Source: Candidatus Hydrogenedentota bacterium (GTDB taxonomy: Bacteria > Hydrogenedentota > Hydrogenedentia > Hydrogenedentales > GCA-2746185). From it: a DNA stretch of 25,599 nt. The notes beneath the pieces are model-generated. The model did not search any database, was not told the DNA's origin, and worked only from the letters and a program-made list of their open reading frames with translations. A program made the translations under genes and the position numbers. Below, in pieces: positions 1 to 7,774 of the stretch (positions are counted from its first letter, which is position 1; every line of letters starts with the position of its first letter). The DNA lies in contig JAYGCN010000176.1 of NCBI GenBank assembly GCA_046583315.1, positions 1 to 25,599 of the forward strand, in the 5' to 3' direction.

Positions 1-99
1 AGTTTATCCTGCAGTGTTTCGTATGTCAACAGAGGAGATCGTAACCGCACTGTGGGGTTCGGCATCGAGAATTTCTTGCCTCGGGATACGCCCGAAGGT

Positions 100-849
100 T
101 CAACCCTTTAGAGCGCGCTGATGGGAGCTGCTTGCCATGAGCAGCGTAAATCCACACCAGCCCACGAGGTCGTAACCTTTGGACTCAAGGAACTTGTACA
201 GCTGGGATTTTTCTACATCTTTGAACAATGCGATGTGCGTCTCCACAGCGACTATTTTCGGATCGTAGCGCGTAAAATCCAGTGACTCGAGTACGTCCAA
301 ATCGCGTGCTTCGGCGTCAACGGAAAGAACGTCGATCGGTCTGTCTTTGTACATAGTATCGTCAATGGTAGCCGTAAGTTTTTTGCATAGCGTTTTCTTC
401 TGGCGGTATTCGTTTTTGCTGTATTTGTTCTCTTTTGCGAACTCTTCGTCCAACGATACCGTGGGGGAATAGAACCCATCCGTATAATAGGTGAACTCTC
501 CTTCTGTATTGGAAATGGCGCAGGCGATATTCGTGTCCTGCGGCCTAACCAGGTCGAAGGCTTGTATCTTGATGGTGTCGATATCGATGTTTATTCCTCG
601 CCATCCGCGTTGATAGAGCTGCCAGGTATTGCTATATTTTTTGGGATGGAAGCATCCGACATCAACGAAAAAACCCGAATATCCATAATCAAAAAATCGA
701 GCTATCGAAATATCTTCGCCGAATTGCGCGTAATGGGTTCGGCGCGCCCGCCGGGTTCTCGCGTAATACGATTTTCGTATTACGAAAAGCGTTCTGAATA
801 TCCGACTGTTTTCCAGCCATACCGGAATCTGTATGTTAACAAGGCTCAT
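100..849 (-). CDS. FkbM-family SAM-dependent methyltransferase
   Basis: 249-aa ORF with FFVDVGCFHP...SNT...GWRGINID (SAM-binding motif I region) and IDVLSVDAEARDLDVLESLDF...P..VAVE, both typical of FkbM/Methyltransf_21 proteins. Confidence 0.85.
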   Translation of the reverse strand: MSLVNIQIPVWLENSRIFRTLFVIRKSYYARTRRARRTHYAQFGEDISIARFFDYGYSGFFVDVGCFHPKKYSNTWQLYQRGWRGINIDIDTIKIQAFDLVRPQDTNIACAISNTEGEFTYYTDGFYSPTVSLDEEFAKENKYSKNEYRQKKTLCKKLTATIDDTMYKDRPIDVLSVDAEARDLDVLESLDFTRYDPKIVAVETHIALFKDVEKSQLYKFLESKGYDLVGWCGFTLLMASSSHQRALKG

Positions 850-979
850 TCATATTCCCCAAAACCAGAATCATGCTTTTCCGGCAATTAACCATGGAAG
901 AGTCTAACAAGCTCTGATTTGCGAATTCAATCGATAGAAGTGTCTGGGCAGGGGGTATCAGAGAATCATCAAAATTTCC

Positions 980-1007
980 TAAAGTCTCGTGCGGGGCCTG
1001 CCGATAG
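980..1007 (+). promoter_or_regulatory. Sigma-28 (FliA/SigD) promoter of the flagellin gene
   Basis: TAAAG at 980-984 and GCCGATAG at 1000-1007 (TAAA-N16-GCCGATAG) match the TAAA-N15/16-GCCGATAA consensus, ending 87 nt upstream of the flagellin ATG. Confidence 0.85.
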
Positions 1008-1051
1008 TTCTATCAACGCGGTCACAGGCTTTACATGATTGCGCCAACCGA

Positions 1052-1085
1052 TGCACGGACGCAGAGGTTCAAGACAACACGGAGG
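1052..1085 (+). promoter_or_regulatory. Two putative CsrA/RsmA binding sites in the flagellin 5' UTR, the second overlapping the Shine-Dalgarno
   Basis: TGC-ACGGAC-GCA mini-hairpin with ANGGA in the loop (1052-1063); ACACGGAGG (1077-1085) contains the SD GGAGG. Confidence 0.65.
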
Positions 1086-1094
1086 TACCTACCT

Positions 1095-1931
1095 ATGGGT
1101 CTCAAGATCAACACCAATGTCGCTGGCCTGCGTACCATGCGCATCCTTCGCCGCTCCACGATCGCCCTGAACAAATCCCTCGAACGCTTGTCCAGCGGAT
1201 TGCGTGTCAATCGCGCGGCTGACGACGCGGCAGGTTTGGCCATCGCTGAAGGCTTTCGCTCAGTTCACCGTGCGGCGGTCGTTTCACAGCGTAACGCACA
1301 AGACGGTATCGGTCTGGTGCAGACGGCTGAAGGGGCACTCAGCGAAACCATCAACGTTCTGCAACGTATCAGGGAATTGGCTGTGCAATCGGCCAACGGC
1401 ACGAACAGTCAAGAGAACCGGGATGATCTCCAGTTGGAAGTCGCTCAGTTACTTGATCAGATGGACTCGATTGCCGACTTCACAGAATTCAATGGCGTCT
1501 TTCCATTGATGAACGCGGTTGACATCGATTTGCAGGTCGGTCCTGACGCTCTAAATATCATTACGCTCGTTTTCGACCAAGCGGCAGATTCGTTGACACT
1601 ATTTGGACTTTCGACTTCGGGGAACGTTCCCGATATATCCACGCAGGCGGGCGCAAGTGAGGCACTGCTGGACATTGATGACGTGCTCACCATTGTCAAT
1701 TCGCAACGTTCGGTGCTTGGCGCCATTCAGAATCGCTTGGAGTTCACGATCTCGACGCTACAAATTATGGAAGAAAATGCGGTGGCAGCGGAGAGTTCTA
1801 TTCGCGATGCGGACATTGCTCGTGAAACGATAATGTTTACCCGGAATCAGATTTTAGTGAGCTCGGGTACTTCGATTCTCGCGCAGGCCAATATCATTCC
1901 ACAGACGGCCCTGCAACTGCTCGGCGGATAA
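1095..1931 (+). CDS. fliC: Flagellin, minimal D0/D1-only type (278 aa)
   Basis: MGLKINTNV..., LERLSSGLRVNRAADDAAGLAI, QTAEGALSE...LQRIRELAVQSANGT, RSVLGAIQNRLE, IRDADIA...ILAQAN..PQ.ALQLL. Start moved to ATG 1095, which follows GGAGG at 1081-1085. Confidence 0.97.
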   Translation: MGLKINTNVAGLRTMRILRRSTIALNKSLERLSSGLRVNRAADDAAGLAIAEGFRSVHRAAVVSQRNAQDGIGLVQTAEGALSETINVLQRIRELAVQSANGTNSQENRDDLQLEVAQLLDQMDSIADFTEFNGVFPLMNAVDIDLQVGPDALNIITLVFDQAADSLTLFGLSTSGNVPDISTQAGASEALLDIDDVLTIVNSQRSVLGAIQNRLEFTISTLQIMEENAVAAESSIRDADIARETIMFTRNQILVSSGTSILAQANIIPQTALQLLGG

Positions 1932-1960
1932 TCACCAGCAAGGTAATCCAATCACTCACA

Positions 1961-2001
1961 GAAACGCCTCCCAGGCAAAAAGCCCGGGAGGCGTTTCCTT
2001 T
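1961..2001. terminator. Intrinsic terminator, probably bidirectional, between convergent fliC and the ABC permease gene
   Basis: GAAACGCCTCCCAGGC-AAAAA-GCCCGGGAGGCGTTTC is a 16-bp stem with one mismatch, running into TTTCCTTT. Confidence 0.8.
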
Positions 2002-2018
2002 GTTGGAGTGCTTAAGAT

Positions 2019-3008
2019 TTAGGACGTGCCTTCTTTTCCGCGGAGTAGGAGCATGACGAAGAAGGGTCCGCCGAGGAATGCGGTGACTACGCCGACGGGT
2101 AATTCTGCGGGGGCGAGTGCGGTGCGGGCGAAGGTGTCGCAAAGGGTGAGGAAGGTGCCGCCGAAGAGTAAGCATGCGGGGATGAGGTAGCGGTGATCGT
2201 TGCCGCCCATGAGTCGACACATGTGGGGCACCATCATGCCGATGAATCCGATGGGGCCGCATACGGCGACGACGCTGCCGACCATGAGGGAGGTCACGAA
2301 GAAGAGAAGTCGTTTTGTTTTGAGCACGTCGACGCCGCGACTGATGGCGATGTCGTCTCCGAGCACGAGCAGATTGAGTTCGTGGGTGGTGTAGAGGAGC
2401 ATGACGACGCCGGTGACGACGAAGGGGATGATGCTTAGGAGGGAATCGTATCCGACGAGGCCCAATCCGCCCATGACCCAGCGCAACATGCGGAAGGAGT
2501 TGTAGAGTTCGGCGGAATATTGCAGAAACAGGATCACACTGGAGAAAAAGAAGCTGATGGCCACGCCGGATAGCAGCATGGTTGCGGTGGAAAAACCCCG
2601 GCGCATGTGAGTGAGTCCGTAGACGAGCGCGATGGATATGTTGGCACCGAGGAATGCCATAACGGTGGTCGCGGAGATGCCTGCGAAGGAGGCGGTCAAT
2701 CCGAAGGTGACGGAGAGGGCCGCGCCGAGTGATGCCCCGCTTGCGACGCCTAAGGTGAAGGGTGTCGCAAGGGCGTTTCGAAACATGGCCTGGAACACCA
2801 TGCCGCTTACGGCGAGTGCGCTGCCGGCCAGGAATGCGGTGAGTACGCGGGGCACGCGGATGCGCCAGAAGATGTTGTAATCGACGGAATTGTGTGTCGA
2901 ATCGATGACGTTCGACAGGGGAATCCACTCCATGCCAATCAGGGGTGCAGTAATGAGCACGACGAGGGCCAGGATTGCGAACAGGGCCAAGCTCGGGAGG
3001 GGTTTCAT
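2019..3008 (-). CDS. BtuC/FecCD-family ABC transporter permease (cobalamin or iron-chelate)
   Basis: IRVPRVLTAFLAGSALAVSGMVFQAMFRNALATPFTLGVASGA, GDDIAISRGV, GPIGFIGMMVPH, ELPVGVVTAFLGGPFF; multiple TM helices. Confidence 0.93.
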   Translation of the reverse strand: MKPLPSLALFAILALVVLITAPLIGMEWIPLSNVIDSTHNSVDYNIFWRIRVPRVLTAFLAGSALAVSGMVFQAMFRNALATPFTLGVASGASLGAALSVTFGLTASFAGISATTVMAFLGANISIALVYGLTHMRRGFSTATMLLSGVAISFFFSSVILFLQYSAELYNSFRMLRWVMGGLGLVGYDSLLSIIPFVVTGVVMLLYTTHELNLLVLGDDIAISRGVDVLKTKRLLFFVTSLMVGSVVAVCGPIGFIGMMVPHMCRLMGGNDHRYLIPACLLFGGTFLTLCDTFARTALAPAELPVGVVTAFLGGPFFVMLLLRGKEGTS

Positions 3009-3796
3009 GGTTTGCCCTCCATTGGCATCACGACGGGCAGGGCTAGGTCGGCGTCATTCAGTCGCGAGAATGAGGTCTCGAAGATTGCCTCGAGTGCGCC
3101 CGGCTCCAGCAGGGCTTCGGGTGTCCCGTCAAAGGTGATCGCGCCGTCTTTTAGCGCGATGATGTGATCGCTGACCTGCACGGCGTGGTTGACGTCGTGG
3201 GTGACGAGCACAACGGTGAGATTTTGCTCGCGATGAAGCCTGCGGATCAGTCCGAGCACATCGACCTGATGTCCGTAGTCGAGATAGGTGGTCGGCTCAT
3301 CCATCAGCAACACTTTGCCGCCTTGAGCGAGTGCTGCCGCGATGTAAGCGGCCTGCCGTTCGCCGCCGCTTAGGGTATCCAGCGAACGATCTCGAAATTC
3401 GGCAATTTGTGCTTGTTCGAGGGCCTCTTCTACGGCAGCGCGATCTTCGGATGTAATGGCGGAGAAGGGACTCATGTGTGGATAGCGACCAAGCATCACA
3501 AAGTTGTAGACGGTCATGGAAAACACAAGACCGGATGCCTGGGGCACGTAGGACACTTCGCGGGCGATGTCTTTTTGGGAGTAGCTGCTCAATGCGCGTC
3601 CGTGCAGTTGAATGCTTCCGGCATCGGGTTGCAGAATTCTGTTGAGGCATTTCAGAAGCGTCGTTTTTCCGGCTCCGTTGGGACCGATGATCGCCGTGCA
3701 TGCGCCGGACTCAATGGTCAATCCCAGGGAATGCAGTATCGGTTGTTTCGCGATGGATACGCAGAGTCCGTCGATGGCGTATACGGCGTCATTCAT
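3005..3796 (-). CDS. BtuD/FepC-family ABC transporter ATP-binding protein
   Basis: Walker A GPNGAGKT, signature LSGGERQ, Walker B LLMDEPT, H-loop VTHD. Start moved to ATG 3796 (MNDAVY), which overlaps the upstream stop (ATGAATGA); 4-nt overlap with the permease. Confidence 0.93.
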   Translation of the reverse strand: MNDAVYAIDGLCVSIAKQPILHSLGLTIESGACTAIIGPNGAGKTTLLKCLNRILQPDAGSIQLHGRALSSYSQKDIAREVSYVPQASGLVFSMTVYNFVMLGRYPHMSPFSAITSEDRAAVEEALEQAQIAEFRDRSLDTLSGGERQAAYIAAALAQGGKVLLMDEPTTYLDYGHQVDVLGLIRRLHREQNLTVVLVTHDVNHAVQVSDHIIALKDGAITFDGTPEALLEPGALEAIFETSFSRLNDADLALPVVMPMEGKP

Positions 3797-4712
3797 GCGG
3801 CCCCCAATCCGCGCCGGGATGCAACACGCGCGCGAGGTCTTCGACGATTCTAACGATTCGTGGACCGGGGATCGTTGTGTAATCACCGTCGAGAACGTAG
3901 ATTCGCTCGGTCTGCACTGCGTTGATATCTGGAAACACGTCCCATTGGCTGATGATTGCTTCGGCCGTGATATTCGGATGGGCATCTTTTGGGGCCATCT
4001 CCACGATAACCTCTGGATTCAGGCGAACGAGTCCTTCACCGGTGACGGCTGGAAAGGGGATGGTGTCGTCGGTAAAGACGTTCTTGCCGCCAGCCATTTC
4101 GATAATGTCGTCATACCACTGACCCTTTCCAGCGGCATAGACTTCACCGAGGGTGCCACCGTCTTTGCCGCGACCGGCCGAAATCAGTACTGTGGGACGG
4201 AGTAATTCTTCGGTCTTGGAACGAATCGCCTGCATGTCTGCGTGCATATCGGCGAGTAGCGCCTCGGAGCGATCGATCACGTGACAGGCGGTGCCGATGA
4301 TTTGTATGGATTCCAGGATGCCGTCAAGGGTTCGGCAGTCCACGGTGAGTGTATTGATGCCGAGTTCTTTGATGCGTATTTGCGCGTCACGGTGAACAGG
4401 GTAAAGCACGACCACGTCTGGCTGGAGATGCATGATCGCTTCGTAATTGGTGTCTATGATTCCGCCTACGGATGGTTTCGATCGTACGTCGGGCGGAAAA
4501 TCGCAAAAATTGGTTACGCCGATAACGCGGTCTCCGAGGTCCAGCGCGTATAAGGTTTCGGTGATGCTGGGCGCCAAGGAAATAATACGGCTATATCCCG
4601 CCTCGGAAGACGGTGGGGTATCAGTTTGTGTCGGCGGGTTCAGTGCACGCTGGCCGTAAAAACTCAGGCCGAATGCGGCAACAATGACGAATATGGCGAT
4701 TGCGCGTCTCAT
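3789..4712 (-). CDS. BtuF-like periplasmic substrate-binding protein (helical-backbone metal receptor family)
   Basis: N-terminal signal/anchor; RIISLAPSITETLYALDLGDRVIGVTNFCDFP, VGG...NYEAI..LQPDVV, AGGKN, PGPR. Confidence 0.9.
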   Translation of the reverse strand: MRRAIAIFVIVAAFGLSFYGQRALNPPTQTDTPPSSEAGYSRIISLAPSITETLYALDLGDRVIGVTNFCDFPPDVRSKPSVGGIIDTNYEAIMHLQPDVVVLYPVHRDAQIRIKELGINTLTVDCRTLDGILESIQIIGTACHVIDRSEALLADMHADMQAIRSKTEELLRPTVLISAGRGKDGGTLGEVYAAGKGQWYDDIIEMAGGKNVFTDDTIPFPAVTGEGLVRLNPEVIVEMAPKDAHPNITAEAIISQWDVFPDINAVQTERIYVLDGDYTTIPGPRIVRIVEDLARVLHPGADWGPHE

Positions 4713-4717
4713 AATCG

Positions 4718-5638
4718 TCAGTATACCGACCAGCCGATGTCCTGGTGCCCAAAATTGAACTGCTCGGGATGAAAAATTTCGGCGAGAATCTCGAGTGTTT
4801 CCACGAGACGGGGTCCGGGTCGATTGCAGTATTGATTACCGTCAATCAAGTAGACCTGCTTGTTCTTGACCGCATCCAGCTCCGCCCATTCTGGTTTTTC
4901 TTCCAAGGCGACGAGTTCCGTCCGCGCTTTGTTTCGATCCCAGCCGCATGGGAATACGAGCACAACGTCGGGTTCGGCATTCACGAAATCCTGCCATTCA
5001 AGCCAGGGGGAGTGTTTGCCTGCAATTCCAAAGAGGTCTTTCCCACCGGCCATCGACACGAGTTCGGGCATCCAGTTGCCGGCGGTCATGAGCGGATCAA
5101 TCCATTCGATGCAGGCGACCTTAGGCTTCGCGGTGAGCGTGGATGCCCGATCGGCAATCGCATCCATACGCCCGCGAAATTCCTGAGTCAATTGCTGACC
5201 TGCTTCCGGGACTTCCAGTGCTTCAGCGACCTGCTTGATGCTTGCCCAGATATCGGAGAGTGTGCTGGGTTCGAGTGAGACGACGCGGGGCTTCGAAGTA
5301 ACGAGTTCTTTCAGCGCTTCTTCGACGTCGTTCAGACTCACCGCACAGACGTCGCAATGGGATTGCGTTACGATGACGTCGGGCTTCAACGTGTCGAGGT
5401 GTTCCGGGAATACACGGTACACGGAGAGTCCATCTTTAACGATGCTGAGCAGCCGCTCGTTGATTTCGCAGCTTAGCCCTTCGACTTGAAATTTCGCCTC
5501 GGTGCAGCGCGGCAATCGATTGACGGACTCTGGATAGTCGCACTCGTGGGAAATGCCGACGAGTTTATCTTCACATCCGAGCGCGCAGACGATTTCCGTG
5601 GCACTGGCAATGAGCGATATGATGCGTTGTTCTGGCAA
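4718..5638 (-). CDS. Second BtuF-like (cobalamin-binding family) protein with no evident signal peptide
   Basis: RIISLIASATEIVCALG...LVGISHECDYP, LKPDVIVTQSHCDVCAV, EWIDP..AGNW.PELV..AGG, DGNQY.NRPGPRL. Likely TTG start at 5638; the track's longer N-terminus overlaps the upstream gene. Confidence 0.8.
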   Translation of the reverse strand: MPEQRIISLIASATEIVCALGCEDKLVGISHECDYPESVNRLPRCTEAKFQVEGLSCEINERLLSIVKDGLSVYRVFPEHLDTLKPDVIVTQSHCDVCAVSLNDVEEALKELVTSKPRVVSLEPSTLSDIWASIKQVAEALEVPEAGQQLTQEFRGRMDAIADRASTLTAKPKVACIEWIDPLMTAGNWMPELVSMAGGKDLFGIAGKHSPWLEWQDFVNAEPDVVLVFPCGWDRNKARTELVALEEKPEWAELDAVKNKQVYLIDGNQYCNRPGPRLVETLEILAEIFHPEQFNFGHQDIGWSVY

Positions 5639-5703
5639 GATGATACGACCCGATGGTTGATTGATTGGGGGGACAGTATACCGGATACAGATCGAGGTTT
5701 GCT

Positions 5704-7119
5704 CTATCCGCGTGCGAGGATGAGGGTGGCGGCTTCGTACAATCCGGCCAAAGCGAGCATCAGCGCGGCCAGCAGTGTTCCGCTCATGAGTGCCAGGCAA
5801 CTTTGTTTCAAGCGGCGACCGAACTGATTCTTGAAGATTCCGATGGTAAGATTGACCCAGAAATAGAATACGCATACGCAGGTGAAAATATAGGCTTCCA
5901 GTTCGAGGGTCATGGTGATTGAATGGAAGGTGAACATGGCGGTTGTGCCGCTCCATACGGGCACCATGCCAAAGCCGACCAAGACGAAGCTGAGGAGTGT
6001 CTTGAGAATGCCGATACCGGGGATAACGAGCGATACGAGCACGGTCATGCCTAGCGTTTGAAGAACGAAGTTGTTAAAAAAGGTTGCTAAGGCCGCGCGC
6101 ATAACATTGCCCGACGCATAGGCATCGCCCACGTACCCGAGCCCGCCGGAACTAAATTCGTATTGAATCATGTTGGTCAGCCACATCTGAATTAGAGGAA
6201 GACGGGTTGCGATCAGCATGGATACGAAAAAGCCGCCGTATAAGAACGCGTGCATGGCGATCACGGTTTTCGGCCAGGTTAAAAAGACCCGCAGGGCAGG
6301 TCGTAAGGGGCCGCAACGTCGCGTGTAGAGAATCCGAAATACGGAAAGGTGAGCCATCAGACCAAATATGGCGACGAGCATAAGGCCGCTGATGGTTGCT
6401 GCTGTGTATTTCGGATGGATGGGAACCTGGAGTGTGGAAAGTCGGTAGTCTTCGATCGCGCCCTTGGGGTCTTCCATCTCCGCGAGAGTCTGCTGACCGG
6501 TCGGATCGAGCCACCCGATTTCTGCATCGGGGTGTCCTTCGAAAACGGGTAACCAGGATTCGTGGGCAGGCAACAAATAGGCGAAGTGAAAACCCGCCAC
6601 GCTGGGCGCGAGACGTCCCACGACTTTAAAGGTCAGTCCGTCCAGAGAAAACTCTTCGAGGCGCGCATGAATGCCGGCCAACAATTCGGCTTCTCCCGGA
6701 ATGGGTAATCTTCCGGAGGCGAGCAGTGGCCGGAGTTGTTCGGGTGTCAACGGGGCGGAAATAATGCGCTCCGTTCGAAGGATACCGGTCCCGTCGATCA
6801 GTCGATCAATTTCGTCGGGTTGAACTCCCCGATTCGTGTCCTGAAGCTCTTCGATAAAATCATTTATCTGCGGAAAGGCCTCCAAGGGGACGCGGCGCAT
6901 ACGAATTTCAATGGGATTGCCCCACTCGGGAGGCTCGCCGACTGCGTATAGGGCTCCGACGAAGGGTTTACCGCGCAGGGAAGCCGATTCGAAATAGGCG
7001 ATGGCGAGGAGAACCAGTACACCGAGAATAACACCGGCAAAGCCCCATAAAGGGTGATATCCAAAGGTTAAGGGTTCATCGTCGGGACGTGGATGCTGGG
7101 GGGGCGTGTCTTCGCTCAT
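5704..7119 (-). CDS. Multi-pass membrane protein with an N-terminal TM, an extracytoplasmic domain and a C-terminal SpoIIM/DUF95-like domain
   Basis: 471 aa. C-terminal TFFNNF..., FHSITMTLELEAY and terminal LALAGLYEA resemble the SpoIIM-family IF.NN / HG.lEl.a / lAa.iE motifs. Soluble part contains SGRLP..GE.ELLAG...F.LDGLTFKVVGRL. Confidence 0.55.
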   Translation of the reverse strand: MSEDTPPQHPRPDDEPLTFGYHPLWGFAGVILGVLVLLAIAYFESASLRGKPFVGALYAVGEPPEWGNPIEIRMRRVPLEAFPQINDFIEELQDTNRGVQPDEIDRLIDGTGILRTERIISAPLTPEQLRPLLASGRLPIPGEAELLAGIHARLEEFSLDGLTFKVVGRLAPSVAGFHFAYLLPAHESWLPVFEGHPDAEIGWLDPTGQQTLAEMEDPKGAIEDYRLSTLQVPIHPKYTAATISGLMLVAIFGLMAHLSVFRILYTRRCGPLRPALRVFLTWPKTVIAMHAFLYGGFFVSMLIATRLPLIQMWLTNMIQYEFSSGGLGYVGDAYASGNVMRAALATFFNNFVLQTLGMTVLVSLVIPGIGILKTLLSFVLVGFGMVPVWSGTTAMFTFHSITMTLELEAYIFTCVCVFYFWVNLTIGIFKNQFGRRLKQSCLALMSGTLLAALMLALAGLYEAATLILARG

Positions 7120-7135
7120 GGCGAATAATCCATGC

Positions 7136-7588
7136 CTAGTCGTGATCGGCCAGAACGGCGACGACTTCTTCGTTGGTGGTACATTCGAGCAGTTTTTCGC
7201 AGAAGCCTTCGGAGCGCAGGGCCATCATGGCCTTTGCCAGGTAGCTCAAGTATTCTTTGTCCGAGCCGGATGGCATGGCGAAAAGCACGATAATGCTCAC
7301 GGTGTCGTTATCGAGTGAATCGAAATCGATGCCGGATTTGCTGATTCCCACGCCCACGGTAGGCTCGGAGATTTCGTCGATACGGACGTGGGGTATGGCG
7401 ACACCTTTGAAGCCGGTGCTCCGGATGGATTCGCGCTCGTAGAGTGCTTTCTCAAACGATTCCCGATTGCCCACGACGCCCAGATTGCAGATTGCATCGA
7501 TCATGGTATTCAACGCGCCGCCTTTTGTGGTTCCTTCTGGAAAAATACATATCGCATCATTTGGAATCTCTTTCCCAAATGCATTCAT
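7136..7588 (-). CDS. Stand-alone PTS EIIA domain protein (Fru/Mtl/Ntr type)
   Basis: LYERES..STGF.GVAIPH (phospho-His motif) and GIDFDSLD...V.IIVLF. Start taken at ATG 7588 (MNAFGK), after a GGGGG tract. Confidence 0.88.
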   Translation of the reverse strand: MNAFGKEIPNDAICIFPEGTTKGGALNTMIDAICNLGVVGNRESFEKALYERESIRSTGFKGVAIPHVRIDEISEPTVGVGISKSGIDFDSLDNDTVSIIVLFAMPSGSDKEYLSYLAKAMMALRSEGFCEKLLECTTNEEVVAVLADHD

Positions 7589-7707
7589 GTGCAACCCCCG
7601 CAATTACTGACCATTACCAGCCCATTAGGGTAAGGTTCCGCAGACGGCAAATCAAGTTATTTTTGCAGGGTACGCTTCACGGAAATAAACAGATTTGCGT
7701 CGAATAC

Positions 7708-7735
7708 TTGAAAAAAGGCTATTAATGTGTACAAT
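7708..7735 (+). promoter_or_regulatory. Putative sigma-70 promoter of the ABC operon
   Basis: TTGAAA-N16-TACAAT in an AT-rich divergent intergenic region, 39 nt before ATG 7775. Confidence 0.5.
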
Positions 7736-7774
7736 ATCAGTAAGTAAGTTAACGCAATGAGGGGGCGCAACACG

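Noticed and set aside
1894..2928. 344-aa Arg/His-rich ORF on the minus strand
   Set aside because: Alternative frame of the BtuC-like permease; its composition reflects codon bias and it has no recognisable motif
3797..3985. 63-aa N-terminal extension of the ABC ATPase in the ORF track
   Set aside because: It lies inside the btuF-like gene; ATG 3796 gives a normal length and translational coupling
5639..5956. Long N-terminal extension of the second BtuF-like ORF
   Set aside because: It overlaps the upstream membrane gene in another frame and shows no signal or domain features
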